In this document: piece after piece, positions 36,717 to 53,341 of the stretch | How the letters are laid out: each line of letters starts with the position of its first letter | Numbering within the stretch: position 1 is the stretch's first letter | Assembly: GCF_009914755.1 (NCBI RefSeq) | Contig: NC_060934.1 | Reading direction: 5' to 3' (one strand) | DNA length: 64,000 bases | Source of the DNA: the human T2T-CHM13v2.0 reference genome, Homo sapiens | Made by a program: the position numbers and the translations under genes | The notes under the pieces: model-generated | Told to the model about the DNA's origin: nothing | What the model saw: the letters and a program-made list of their open reading frames with translations, nothing else | Databases searched by the model: none

Positions 36717-37187
36717 TTATCCCATTGAGGACAGCCTCTAACGCCATACCAAACATTAAGTGGGTAACCTCCTGCTTGATGCTGAGAATTCCTGGCAACT
36801 TCTCCCCAGTGCCTTTTTCCCTAATGCTTTATTCTCGGACTGGTCAGAGAGTCTTTGAACTCCCATAAACTCCTGTGTCATTCTTGTACACTTACCACAT
36901 CTCTCTGCCTCTTTGGCATAGTCTGGGAGCAGCCAGGAATCACCTCTCGGCTCCACCTCCATAGCAACTGCCCTCTCAGAGGATCCACCTCCTCAGAGGG
37001 ACTAGGAGCTCCTAGGTCAGGAAATGGCAGTGGCTGATGTAGCCTGATCTCCACCAGAAGTGGACGCTCCTCTTTGTTGCTGCCTGGTGAAGCGGGGGAC
37101 TTATTTACTTTCACTGAAGATCTCCTTTAATTTTTTCTTTCCTCCTTCACTTTTCCTAATTTGGTTTTTCATTCATAGATGCATGCC

Positions 37188-37481
37188 TTTTTTTTTTTTT
37201 GAGACGGAGTCTCACTCTGTTGCCAGGCTGGAGTGTGGTGGCACGATCTCGGCTCACTGCAACCTCTGCCTCCTGGGTGCAAGAGATTCTCCTGTCTCAG
37301 CTTCCTGAGTAGCTGGGACTACAGGCGTGCACCACCACGCCCAGCTAATTTTTGTATTTTTAGTACAGACAGGGTTTCACCATGTTGGCCAGGCTGGTCT
37401 CGATCTCTTGACCTTGTGATCTGCCCACTTCAGCCTCCCAAAGTGCTGTGATTACAGGCGTGAGCCACCCCCCCCCCAGCC
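37188..37481 (-). mobile_element. AluSc-like
   Basis: TSD AGATGCATGCCTTTT; sits within an L2 remnant. Confidence 0.95.
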
Positions 37482-38062
37482 AGATGCATGCCTTTATTCC
37501 ACATCTACCAAGTGACTCCTCGCATGAGGCCCTGTGCACTGGGCACTGCGCTGATAGGCAGGGCGTGGCGCTGACACCCTATGGCGGGGAAGGTAGACAG
37601 CAAACAAAACAAACAAACAGATGTGAATAAGGACAGAATGATGCTGTGAAGGACTTGGCCGAGTGTCCTTTGGAAGAGTGGGGAGGAGGACAGAGGGAGG
37701 AAAGGCCTCTCTGAGACCTGAAGGTAAGAAGGAGCTGGCCGTGTGGAAGGCAGAAAAGAGGGGTCCAGGAAGAGGCAGAGCATGGGTCATGAGCCCTTAG
37801 CAAGGCCTGGAAGAAAGTCCAGACATGTCTGGAGCATGGTGGGGGAAGGGAAAAGGGCGTGGTGGGGTGGCTGACAGGGGCCGCTCACGCAGGCACAGCC
37901 TGTGTCCTAGGGGCCCCTAATCCTTGTGGGGCCTGCAGGAGCCTCTGACTCTGGACCTGCTTGCCTTACATCACTTGGTCTGGTCTTGCCGCTCTCAGAT
38001 ACACATAGCCCTTCCACCAAAATTGTATACGTTGATTCAAATGAACATCTATTCCTCTTTGC

Positions 38063-38231
<169 letters not shown>

Positions 38232-38607
38232 TAAGAGGGTACAAAAATTTGAATAAATTCCACCAGATCAACTTGATTGGTTCACCTTTAAAGAACACTT
38301 GAACTCAGGCTACTTTTGAACTGATTTACTGATAAGCATCTTGGGTGCCAAACAATAGGCTTGCCTGATGCTTCAACTTTCACTTGGGAGCTTGGCAGCC
38401 CGAAGACCTGACCAGAGACAGAACCTGAGGCAGGACAGAGGAAAGGAGAGGGAGCCGAGGAGGACAGCTCCCCAGAGCACAAAGGGCACACCCTGAACAA
38501 AGGGCAAAGGTGTCTCAGGTACTGGTGCCTGCTGGGAAACCAGCCGTGCCCTTCTACCCAGCTGGTGGGAAAGTAGCAGGTACAGTCTTTCTAGCAATTC
38601 TGCTGAC

Positions 38608-38915
38608 TTTTTTTTTTTTTTTTTTTTTTTTTTGAGACGGAGTCTTGCTCTGTCTCCCAGGCTGCAGTGCAGTGGCACAGTCTTGACTCACTGCAACCTC
38701 TGACTCCCAGGTTGAAGCGATTCTCCTGCTTCAGCCTCCTGAGTAGCTGGAACTACAGGTGCCCGCCATCATGCCTAGCTAATTTTTGCATTTTTAGTAG
38801 AGTCGGAGTTTTATCATCTTGGCCAGGCTGGTCTCAAACTCCTGACCTCAAGTGATCCTCCCGCCTTGGCCTCCCAAAGTGCTGGGATTACAGGTGTGAG
38901 CCACCGCGCCGGGCC
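38608..38915 (-). mobile_element. AluS
   Basis: Antisense full Alu. Confidence 0.95.
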
Positions 38916-39719
38916 TCAGCTGACATTTCTAATGCAGGTTTCCTTTAATTCTGCGGTTCTACCACTAGGTGCCCCCTAATGGATACATGGACAAAAAAAC
39001 ATCGAGCTGTGCACACGTGACGGTCACTCCAAAAGTTGGAGGCCACCCAAATGACTCTCAGTTTGTCAAAGCAGGCCAAATCAATTTCAGCCCATCCATA
39101 CAACAGAATAGTCTGCAGTGATTAGACATAAGGAGGCAAAGTTCTAGACTCAGAGTAAAAGACCCTGAAGATATATCATTAAATAAATGGGGGAAAGGCC
39201 AGATATGGAATAGTGTACGTATACCTTGCTCCCCTATGTAACTGTTTAAAATGATATATATTTATATGTAGATACATGCATACTTTTTTCTGGTGGGATA
39301 CATAGGAAACTTTGGGGATGAGGATTGGGGTCAGAGAAAAGCAGGGAGATTTTAATCATTTTTCTAGATCTTTCTGTACTGGTCAAGTTTTTATATCATG
39401 CGCAGTTATTGCTTTTATTTAAAGAGTAATAGGAAGAAAGGAAGAAAAGACAAGACACCAGCCTCTATATTGGTAGAAACCAATTCAGTCCTCCCTTAAG
39501 CCCTGCCTGCCAGTGGCCGATGTCACCATGGAGAAGGTTACTCGGGAGCCTTCCTTACTCTAAACTCACTGCTCACTTGCTGGGGGAGTTGTGGGACTGG
39601 GAAGTTTCTCTGCAGGAGAAAGTGTCTTTATGCCAGAATTAGGCACAAAGGGCATTAGGACACTTGGCTGTCTGTGTCTGTGTGACTCAGGACACATAAG
39701 CTACAGACTCTTTTCACTG

Positions 39720-40260
39720 GAAGTTTTCAGCTCAATCTGGCAACCCATCTATTGAACACCTACTATGTGTCAGCACTCTGCCAGGCCTATGGAATGAGCA
39801 GACACAAAGGCAATTTAACCCTTGCCCCCAGGAACAAGATAAACAAATGACGCTGGAAACTGCAGATGAGGGAGAAGTGCTATAAGAGATGGGGACAAAG
39901 TGGAGGAAGGGAGAGATTCCCTATGGCCAGAGGGACCAGGAAGGCTTCCTGGAGGAGGTGGGAGTTGATATGGAGCAGTCCCACGCCAAGAGAACAGCTT
40001 GAGCAAAGATTGGGAAGCAAAAGAGAACTTGTGCAGGGAAGGAGGAGAGGCTGGAACCCAGAATGCTGGGCTGGGGAGGGAGAGGTGGGCAGGGGAGACG
40101 AAAGGTTAGCTCTGCCGAAAGCAAGAACCTGAAGGAAGACAGGAGCTGGGCCAGAGAGGGCTGAGTGCCCCGCAAGAGGTTTGCACTTAATTCTGTGAAC
40201 ACTGAAAGGTTTTGATTTGGGAGTAAGAGGGTCAGAGCTGTGTCTGAGGCTCATGTTGAT
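39720..40260 (-). mobile_element. L2 fragment
   Basis: TATTGAACACCTACTATGTGTCAG and GGAAGGCTTCCTGGAGGAGGTG motifs. Confidence 0.7.
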
Positions 40261-40420
40261 GACTGTCTGGTTTGTAAAAGTCAGTGTCGCCTCGTGAAAA
40301 CATGGAAGTGCCTACGGAGTAGATGCTGGTATGAAGGGCAGGGAAGAGCACTGTGAGCAAAGTCTTTGAGACCAACCTTGCAGACAGCGGGGACAGCAGG
40401 CTGGGCTCTGGGGAATGGGT

Positions 40421-40470
40421 CCGCTGGGGTCTGTCAGGATCTGCCCAGGTCTGCTGGGGTCGGCCGGGGT
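40421..40470 (+). repeat. degenerate 10-bp tandem repeat x5
   Basis: CCGCTGGGGT CTGTCAGGAT CTGCCCAGGT CTGCTGGGGT CGGCCGGGGT. Confidence 0.7.
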
Positions 40471-40721
40471 TTTAACCTTAAGCATCAGCTCCTAACTTGC
40501 CTGGAGGCAGGATGAGGGTTTCCACCTCCCGCGCCTTGAACCTCGGCACTTGCCACTCTAGTTACGGTTCTAGATGACTTGGCTCAGCTGCCCCCAGAAT
40601 CACAGCCCAGGATCAGCCATCCTGGTCCTCCTGTGACAGGTAACGTGGAAAAGGCAGTCTATGGCCTAAGGGAGAGAGGCCACCAGGCTCACAAATGAGC
40701 TTCAATGTCACTCATCTTTTA

Positions 40722-41010
<289 letters not shown>

Positions 41011-41256
41011 AAAAGTAGATTTCCCATTTGCCTCTCTGAAAAGGAAGTTTTCTATAACTTTTCAAATCTTTCAGGCCCCAGTGCTGGCTCTTCCCTCCCT
41101 CAGGAACCTGCAGCCTCACCCCTGGCTGAAAGTGTCCCTATCTGCAGCTGACATCAGGCACATCTCACTTCTGAATAGCTGCTTCCAGCTGACCTTCTCC
41201 TGTGTTTTCAGCCCTGAGAGTATTATGAAGATTAATTAGAGAGAAGCTGTCTACTA

Positions 41257-41742
<486 letters not shown>

Positions 41743-41824
41743 TTATGTGAACTTGGCCAAGCTAATGACCTTCTCTAAGCCTTAGGCCTGATGATGTTAC
41801 CTACTTCTTAAAGTTTCTGAGAAC

Positions 41825-42612
<788 letters not shown>

Positions 42613-42711
42613 AAATGTTTCTTAGAACAATGCCTGGCACATGTTAAGCACTAAAGAAGTGTTAGCTACTATTATTTGTTGCTAGGGAAATAAGTGAAAA
42701 AGATGGGCAGA

Positions 42712-43070
42712 TGCAACGGCCTGAATATTTGTGCCTTAGCCCCAAATTCCTAGGCTGAACTCCTTACCCACAAGGTGATAGTATTAGGAGGTGGGACCTG
42801 TGGGAGGTGATGTGGGTCATGAGGGTGGAATCCTCATGAGTAAGATGTGCTTCCTTATATAAGAGGCCCAAGAGAGACCCCTTGCCCCTCATGTGAGGAC
42901 ACAGTGACATGCCATCCACGAGCCGGAAGTGGCCCTCACCAGACATGGAATCTGCCGGTGCCTTGATCTTAGACTTTCCAGCCTCCAAAACTGTAAGAAA
43001 TGAACTTGTGTTGTTGATACAGTTCCCAGTGTATGGTATTCTGTGGCAGCAGCCCACACAGACAAAGACA
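42712..43070 (+). mobile_element. MLT1A0-like MaLR LTR
   Basis: TG...CA ends, near-TSD GCAGA/GCAGG, TTCCAGCCTCCAAAACTGTAAGAAA. Confidence 0.88.
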
Positions 43071-46000
43071 GCAGGTTTCCTGCTTCAGGAGCGTGCATTC
43101 ACCGACTTCTCCTCTGCATCCCGTGCTGGGCTTGGAACCAAGTGGGCACATGGTGGACCCCACCAGCCTCTGCTAGACAATGTGTGTTCTCTAAAGTCCA
43201 GCCGTGTCACTCCATGAGAAAATTAGACTTGTCACCTCTGCTCCAGGCTGCCTGTCTGGCCTTTCCTGGCCCTTAGCAAGGCTCCCACTCTCTGGCCCAC
43301 ACAGCCAGATCACCGTCTCACTGAGCCTCGTTGCAGGCCACTGAGTCCTTATTTGCACCAGTTCTGTTCCTGGATTTTCTCAGCTCCTGACCTTCTGACT
43401 TGGTCTCATGTTCTGAGAGGTCCTTGGCCCCGTCACCTCCCACCTCACCCTTGGACTTGACAATGCATCTACTTCTCCGGGTCGGCCCTTCAGTTCTACT
43501 GGACAGGCTGTGTTTCCCACCCCACCCAAGGGACAGGACAGTAAGAGTGAAACCGACATTCTCATTCTCCAGGCACTGCCAAGATGCCAAGTGCACCAGT
43601 TCTAGGAACATGGAATTCACAGGGGGACTCTGAGTGGGGAAACAAATGAAGAACAGACCTTGTCCTCCAGGAGCCACCCCCAGGTTCACCCCAAGTTGCC
43701 TGGTGACCACAGAACCACTTTCCTGGAGAGGCTTCGAGGGAGCAGGGGAGGCAGGACACCAAGGCACCACCTCTAGCCCACCTCCCAGTAACCCCCCTCA
43801 GTCCTGGGCCACTCTGTTTCACAACCTGGTGGGAGGGGAGCTCTCCCACCAGAGGGTCCTATGGGAGGGGATGTCCCTGCCCCTCCACCCTGCCCCTCTG
43901 CTGCTCCTCCTCCTCCGATGCTGGTAACAGATAGGGCAGAAACAGTAATGACAGCAACAGGCCAAAAGCAGAAGGCCAAGGCCAGGCAGCCAGCAGTTGG
44001 GGTTATTGTAAGACTGGGCGGCCTCGCCTTGCATCCACAGCGGGAAGAGGCTGAGGGATCAGAGGAGCTGCGCATGGCGCTGCTCCACCGCCAGCCAGGT
44101 GGTCCTGATGTGGGAGAGCTGGCTGCCTTCCAGGAATGAGGCAGAGAGGAAAGACGACGAGGCCGAGGGGCAACTGCATTCCCTGAGATGACCTGAACCG
44201 GGGCATCTGTCCTCCCCCAGAGGTAGAACTAGCTCCCGGCCTGTCTGCAACTGCTGCGTTTGCCCTTGTCTTTCTCAGTTTGTGCCTTCGTGTCACACAC
44301 CTGCCTGGGTGACAGCAATCATCTATCTTCCTGTGCAGGTGGCCAATGGTCATTAGGTGGAATGAAGCTGGCGGGATGGAGCGAGGCGGCCACAGCTGCA
44401 GGCAGAGCCATGGGATCAGGAATAATGAACACCGCACACGGAGCCAGGCAGCAGAGAGCCCCGGCCAGCACAAATGACTGGCCTTCCTCTCTCGCCAGTG
44501 GCTTTGCAGGGGCCAGCCCCTCCATCCAGAAGAAATGGGTCACAGCGTGTGAATTCACAGCAGGCCCGAGCCGACAGGGACAGGCACCCGTGGAGGCCAT
44601 CAGGACTCTAAGTGCCCGCTGGAGAGTAGGGCGGTGACCTCTGGCTTGTTTTGTGCTGTGGGTGGGGCCTTTGCCTCTTCCTCAGAAGGAGGGATCAGGC
44701 AGGAGGAAGAGGAGCCTTGCTGGCTCCTGCAGGGTCACACTTACTCTGTCACTTCCTCCTCTATCTCTCCTACCCAGAGTGGCCCGGTGAGGGAGGCTGG
44801 GCACGTTGGGTATAGCTGGTTGGTACCATGGGTCCAAGATGAGGAGGCCCCTCTCCCTGGTACTCCCAACATGGGGTTCAGAGCAAACGCCAGAGATCAT
44901 GCCCAGGCTGGGTGCCAAAGCCAAGATGGGCAGTCGCTTCCCACTGTGGTCAGGTGAGAGAGAGGGAAGAATGAGAAGGTGGGGTTAAGACGGGGGAGGC
45001 AGGAGAGCCAAGGAGCCAGGAGGGCTGAGAGGAAGCAGAGAAGGGGACTGCTAGGGATGGGGGGTGGATTTCAGAGCAGGAGCACCAGCTTCATTTGGGG
45101 CCAGAACTGGTCAGACATGAGATCATTCCTGACACCATCCTGCAGCTGGATGCTTTCTGACACGTGACCATTGCCAGCCCCACGGGGACACCAACCGGGT
45201 GCAGAGCACAGCCCCGGGGGTCTCATCAGATGTCAGGGCTGGAGCCAGGCTTCACTGCCTACTTGCTAGTGACTGGGCAAACTAGTTCATTTCTCTGAGT
45301 CTAAGATTTTTCACCTGTAAATACGGGACATGACGCCCACAAGCTGTTACATTCGCTGAGGGGGCACGCACAAAGTGCTGGCACGTTCTAGGTATTCAGA
45401 AGCAGTCTGTGAATAATACCATTGAAAACCCCCTGGTGGAAACTGCAGTCCTGACCTCTGGTTTTGGGTGTGAAGTTGGGGCAAGAAGCTTCCAATTAGG
45501 CTCCTGGTATGTATGGCACCCCCTGGCTGAGTCATCACCACCACCCCTGACATCACACCAAGGAGGGGCTGCTCTGAGGTCCTCAGACCCTTTTTTTAAA
45601 AAAACAAGTAGTCATTGACACTTTAGTATAACGTGCTGCAATTAGGCTATCGGGTCCTTCTCTCCTAAACCCTAGGAAACACCAACTCTGAGATGTCCTT
45701 GGAGAGCAGGACTTGGGGGACCTCTCTGCAGCCAGGAACCTGGGGTGGGAGAGATGGGGTGCTGAGTGGTACCATCTTCACTTCTTCTCACCTGAATTTC
45801 CTTCCCTGCTCCCCAAGCTAGAATACCCATGACCACCTGCAGACCCAGCCCTACCTAGGTCTGAGACCATCCTAATGGGCAGCAAGTATCTTGACAACCT
45901 CAGTAATGCCAGCCCTTGGGGCTAAGATGACTTCCTACTGTCCACAGGCCTAAGCCTATATTTCCAAGTCACCCTTAGGGTCACATGCCTGCAAGTTGAC

Positions 46001-46759
46001 CCCTAGGTTGGCTCAGAAAAAAGGACAAGATTCCTGCCTCACTTTCCCTGCCCAGCACTCCATTGCCCCACAGACCTTGAGCCCTGCTCTGACCCCACTG
46101 TCTGCTTAGTGGGGGCCCCAGCATCCTGCTGGAGTTTCCCAGTCTCTTCCCTCGAGGCTGGAGCTTGGGGTAGACTGCCCGGAGCTTGCCACATCTGTTG
46201 GAGCCTGGACAGCAGGTCATTTGGTTGGCCTTGCCAGGGCCACACCTGCCCCATTCTCCTGGTCCCGGGGCCTTCACCCTTCCCATGAGCCTGTCAGCTG
46301 GGATTACTGTGGTCCAAGTAGGTCTCACACCCAAACTTGTCTCCTTTCTTCTTTCCTCTTTTCATATTTATTCAGTGGACTGGACAGTGTGGTTCAGTGG
46401 CTGGATGAAGCAGTCATTGCCTTACTGAAAGCAGAGAAGAGCTAAAAGGGAGCAGAGGCAGGAAGAGGCCAAGTGTCCCTCAGGGGAGCCAGACATGATT
46501 GCTCCAAGAAGCCAGAGCAGGAAAGGGAGGGGGTGTGAAGGGGCGCTGGGAGGAGGCCCAGTGCAAATACAGACACCAGCATCATGCAAACATGTATTGC
46601 ATGTTGGTTCAATATCCAAGCCCCACAGTCAGACCACCCGGTTCAAATAACTTTGGGTGATCTTGGGTAAATAATTTATCTGAGTCTCATCTGAATGTCC
46701 TTATCTGAAAAATAGAAATAATGAAACCTAAAGGGTTGCAATAAGAATTACATGAGACA

Positions 46760-46955
<196 letters not shown>

Positions 46956-47666
46956 AAGAATTACATGAGACAGCATACAGACTGTGCCTGTCATATAGGA
47001 GACAGGAGACACTCTAGATGATAGGAGCCATTATTTTATTGGAAAATAGATAACACAACCTACTTTGGGTATAGGGACACCACCTCCAGGAAGCCTTCTA
47101 GGCTTTCTTTCAAGCTTCTAGAGCCCATTTTCAGGAAAGAGAGAGCAAAGAACTGGGGTGGGTGCACATAAAGATAAGAAACAGAAACAAGCATGCATTT
47201 TGCACCTACCTGGGGCCAGGCACTGTGTTAGACCCTTGGTTTACTATACCTCATTCTATCTACCCAGCATCCAAAAAAATTGACATTCTGGTTGGCCCCA
47301 CAAAATAGTAACTCAACTTCCATCGCTGGCCTGTGAGTTGCTCCTGCGTGTTTCATGTGGTGACCTGCAAGGCCCGCAGGGACACCCCTAGGCAAATGGC
47401 TCTGGACTGGCATTTGGTGATCCACGTGGAGAGGAACCGCGCTTTCCAAGGCCGAGGGGCTGTAAGCAGCAGAACGTTGCACTTTTTTCCTGCAGAGCAG
47501 TGGGGTGAGGGAGAAGCAGCAGCGTGGGCCCTGCCAATCAAAGGCGAGGCCAGATAGCATGCTCAGATTGGGGATGGAGGCTCGGCTTCTTCACGGTGCT
47601 GGGTCACAGGGTAACTGGTGGGGCGGGAGTTCTGGAATGATCTGTTTGGCTCTCTGTGAATGGCTG

Positions 47667-47680
47667 TTTGCCATGGCAAC
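47667..47680. promoter_or_regulatory. RFX X-box motif
   Basis: TTTGCCATGGCAAC, 13/14 match to GTTGCCATGGCAAC. Confidence 0.55.
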
Positions 47681-48148
47681 GAACACTGCGGAGACTCTGA
47701 GCTTGCTCAGTTGGGAACCTGCTCTCCAGGGACATTTCAAAGCTCTTCCCCTCATTGTGTGGGAGCGCTGCTCACCGAGTGCATCCCTGCAGCCTGGGAG
47801 AAGCCTGGAGCTCCCCACATTTCCCTCGGTGGCAGCCAGTGCTCTCGGCTTTCCTTTCTCCAGGAGTCTCAGATCAACTGACAATGGATGTGCAGAGGCG
47901 AGAAAACCCTGGGCAAGTTCTTCACACCCAAATAGACTCCGGTCGGGACCAACCTCTCTGGGAATTCACCTGCCACAAAGGCTCTCTCCCTATCCCACTC
48001 CCACCAGCAGAAGTCAGCAAGCCTAGAAAACACTGTCCCCTCACCCTCACTGAGCCAAGTGTTACTTTCTACCCCAAGATTTTCTCGCATTCCTTCACCC
48101 CATACCCGTTCCACAAGCAGTTACTGAGAAGGTAAAAATAAATACAGC

Positions 48149-48450
48149 GCCAGGCGTGGTGGCTCACACCTGTAATCCCAGCACTTTGGGACGCAGGCAG
48201 ATCACATGAGGCCAGGAACTTGAGACCAGCCTGGCCAACATGGCGAAACCCCGTCTGTACTAAAAATACAAAAATTAGCCAGGTATGGTGGCGTGTGTCT
48301 GTAATCTCAGCTACTCAGGAGGCTGAGGCACGAGAATCTCTTGTAGCCGGGAGGCGGAGGTTGCAGAGCTGAGAGTTGCACCACTGCACTCCAGTCTGGG
48401 CAACAGAGTGAAACTCCATCTCGAAAAAATAAAGAAATAAAAATAAATAA
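48149..48450 (+). mobile_element. AluS
   Basis: Full dimer with a small left-arm deletion. Confidence 0.92.
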
Positions 48451-48453
48451 GTA

Positions 48454-48728
48454 GGACGGGCACGGTGGCTCATGCCTGTAATCCCAGCACCTTGGGAGGC
48501 CGAAGTGGGCAGATCACAAGGTCAGGAGTTCGAGACCAGTCTGGCCAACATAGTGAAACCCCGTCTCTACTAAAAACACAAAACATTAGCCGAGTGTGGT
48601 GGTGTGCGCCTGTAATCCCACCTACTCGGGAGGCTGAGGCAGGAGAATCACGTGCACCCAGGAGGCGGAGGTTGCAGTGAGCCTGGGCGACAGTGCAAGA
48701 CTCCATCTCAAAATAAATAAATAAATAC
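48454..48728 (+). mobile_element. AluSg-like with right-arm deletion
   Basis: Tandem with the previous Alu; GCAGTGAGCC joined directly to TGGGCGACAG. Confidence 0.92.
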
Positions 48729-49395
48729 AAACTTACATACATACAGTTCCCCCAAAAAACAGGGTGGAGGGGCCCAGGCTGTGCCAGCTCGGCTAAGTAT
48801 GGCTCCAAATCACCCTAACAGGGAAAGATGGGGTCCTGGGAAGTTAAGAAGGTGGAATTTTCTGAAGATGCCACCCCCACCCCTAAATTCGCTTCTCCTA
48901 CTGTTCTCCCCATCCCATAATTGCCAAGTCCATTCTTCCAATTATTCAGGCCCATCCTGGACCAGCACCCCTCTCTTTCTCTTGTGCCCATATCCAACCT
49001 CTCAGTAAAGCCTCTGGAGTTTAACCTTCAAAAAATATTCCACGTGCCCCCGCTTTCCCCACCTGTACTGCCATCATAGGCTGTCCCTATCTCCGCCTTC
49101 ACTGCCCTCCCCACGGAGCAGCTAGAGTGAGCGTGAAGTCAAACTGCGTCCCTTGCTCACTAGTGACTTCCCACTCCACTTGGGGAGCAGCCACAGGTTC
49201 TGAGGCCCTGAGGAACCTGGTCCCTGCTACCCCCAGATCTCCTCCTCCTTTCCTCCCCAGTCTACCTTAGTTGTGCTGACCTTATTGTCTCCCCTCCAGG
49301 ACACTTCTCCAATGTCAGCTTCTCAGATCTCACCGCACACCTGTGCTGGAGGCTGGGATGCTCCACCCAGACCCCCTTCAGATATAAAAGGTGAT

Positions 49396-49700
<305 letters not shown>

Positions 49701-49861
49701 AAAAGGCGACCCTCAGAATGCAGGACAGCCTTTAGCTATCACCCCCTCTGGGTATGGCCTCAGCTGAGTGAGCCCCCTTGCCCAAGGTCTCACCTCCTTC
49801 TTAGAGAGCTTGTGCAGGGGGCATGAAGTCCCCATCCTTTCACCCCAAATTTGTACAGCCC

Positions 49862-50216
49862 TGTTTTAGTCTGTTTGGGCTGCTGTTATAGAATACCATA
49901 AACTGGGTAGTTTATAAACAACAGAAATCTGTTGCCAAGAGTTCTGGAGGTTGGGAAGTCCAAGATAAAGCCACCAGCAGAATCTGTGTCTTAGCCTGTT
50001 CCTCATGAACGTGGCTTCTCACTATGTCCTCACATGGCAGAAGGGGTGAGGGGTCTCTCTTGGGCCTCTTGTGCAAGGTCACTAATCCCATTCATGAGGG
50101 TTTCACCCTTATGACCTAATCACCTCCCAAAGGCCTGACATCCTAATATCATCATCTTGGGGGTGAGAATTTCAACACAGGAATGTAGCAGGTGCACAAA
50201 CACTCAGACCATAGCA
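49862..50216 (-). mobile_element. MLT1A/MSTD-like MaLR LTR
   Basis: TG...CA ends and perfect 5-bp TSD AGCCC. Confidence 0.9.
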
Positions 50217-50429
50217 AGCCCTCAAGGGCCATCCCACCTCAGAACTCCCCTGCAGGGTAGGCTGAAGCTTCCCTCGAAACTGCATCAAAGCTCAACTTCT
50301 CCCTCTTCCCCACCCTGCTTCCTTCCCCTCCTTACCTCCTGCAGGTGTGGATCAAATCACCCTTGTAGGACAAACAGCAGCATCAGGCTTCATGGAGCGG
50401 ACTGTTTAAGACCCTCCATATGGGATTCT

Positions 50430-50620
50430 TCTCTACCAGACTGACTAGGTTCAAATCCCAGTTGCATCCTTTGCAGGCCATGAAACTCTGGGCAAGTTCT
50501 TTAACTGCTCTGTGTCTCAGTTTCCCCAACTGCACAATAGAGGTTATACCCTAGATCTATTGTGATGATTAAATGGGTTAATATTCAGAGCAGCGCCTGA
50601 TACGTGGGAAATGCTAACAA
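50430..50620 (+). mobile_element. MIR
   Basis: GGTTCAAATCCCAG...CTCTGTGTCTCAGTTTCCCC. Confidence 0.7.
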
Positions 50621-51106
50621 TAAAAAGACGATATTTCTTAGCTCCCCATCCTCCAGAAAAGCTCTATGTTCCAGAGCAGAGTTTTCTCCCCTTGCCACTG
50701 TTGCTGGGGGAGCTGCCCCTCATGCATGGATATGAATCCCAGCTTTACTGGCATCAAAGGGCCTACAGGGGCCAGCCTCATGTGGCCAAGCAAAAAGCAT
50801 TCAGGCAAAGCCACAGGTAAAGGGTCAGGACTGGGGATCTCTTGTTCCACGATGAGGGGCATAGCTTGACCCAGGCTGGTCGGTCAGCTCAGGACAGAGC
50901 TGGGCAAGAATTCCAGAACAAGGAGGCACCACCATGGGAGAAAGCTTAGGTTCTGGGCCAGCCCTGGATTTTAGTTCCGAGCCTGCCACTCACAGTTGTG
51001 CGTCTGTGACCAAGTTACTTAGTCCCTATGATTCCTTGCATCCCAATCTCAAAGCAGGGCTGGTGGAGGTGCCTACCCTTCTGGTGTAAGAATTGAATGA
51101 GTTCAT

Positions 51107-52000
<894 letters not shown>

Positions 52001-53320
52001 ACATTTGGCACGGCTCTGTGCCACGCCCGCCTCCCCAGAGGCTTAGGTGGGATCCAGGACTCCCCAACGGGGGCTGGCTCCCTCTCTCGTTGAACTTGAA
52101 AGGGCACATCTGTGTTTTAGGCTCTACCTCCTTAAGCTCTTTAGGCCCTGGCCAAGCATTACCTTCACTAGTGCCTGCAACCAAGAACCCTAGGACCCGC
52201 CTCTTGCCTTCCAGCCAACAGGCCCTTCCACCTGAGCAGGGCTAGGCTGGCAGCACTTCCAGGCCCCCTCAGGGGAAGCCTCCTCCAGAACTATTTGCAC
52301 CTGAGCCCACGTGAGTCGAATTTACGTCCCTAACCCAAAACAATTCTATAACAATTCTTTAGGTTTTTAATTCCTATCATTTACGCCCAACCAGTTGAGA
52401 TGAAATAAGACAAAAAGAAATATTCAAATGCCCCAGCTCCTTGCCAATGTTCAGAAGGGATGGCTTGTGCCCATTTAAAGCCCCTGCCTCAGCTGGTCTG
52501 TGGACTCATCTCTTCGCTGTAAAGGCCAGTGAGGTGTGGACAGTGGGCTTGACCAGAAACCTGGCAGGAAAACAGGCCAGAACCACCCACCATGGGCTCA
52601 GGTGGCTCAGATTACTTATCTAGAGTACCTATAACCCAGGTGTCACCTGGGGTCTCCCTGCCTGTTCAGATCTAGACATCTTTGCCTCAAACCCCCTTCC
52701 ACGGCCCAGCCCCGGGCCTCCCCAAAGCACTACATTCCCCTGAATTTCCGCTTCCAGCTCCACGTTCTAGGCTTGCTTCCTCGTACTCGTGCGGTCCCTG
52801 GCCAACCACAGGACACAGACCCCGCCATCCACTCCAGGCCTGAGCAGGAAACTGCAACGGCGATTTGGGAACACAGAGGGCAGAAGGATCTACAAAACGG
52901 GTTTGAAATTAAATCTTGGATGTGCCTGCCCTCATGGAGAACCTCAGCCATCGCACCAGTTTGGGTGCCAGCTCCTACCAGGCTACTCAGCCTACTCTTT
53001 CCTTGTAGATCCCCCTGCAACTTCCAAAAATCCCCCCACTTTATCGTGCAGAGTATCTCAGCTTTCTCCAGCTCCAAATGCCAAAGAGCCCAGAGCCCCT
53101 TTGCATGTCCACAATGGCACGTTCTCACAACAGCATACCATTGACTGCAGCCTGGGATGTGCACGTTGACTCCCTTGAGTTGATACGAAGTTGGCCCGTC
53201 CTCCCTGGAGTCAGCTTGGATCTCTTATAGTGATATTTTACCCAGTATGGGGAGCTGGATGTGCCCCGGCCCAGTCCAGCTCTCTCACCTGGTCTCGCCT
53301 ACCTGCTTCTCCGCTCAGGT

Positions 53321-53341
53321 GGGGCTGGGGTGGGGCTGGGG
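53321..53341 (+). other. putative four-tetrad G-quadruplex
   Basis: GGGG-CT-GGGG-T-GGGG-CT-GGGG. Confidence 0.65.

Noticed and set aside
44064-44084. REST/RE1-like motif GGAGCTGCGCATGGCGCTGCT
   Set aside because: About five mismatches, including in the GGACAG core; too weak to call.
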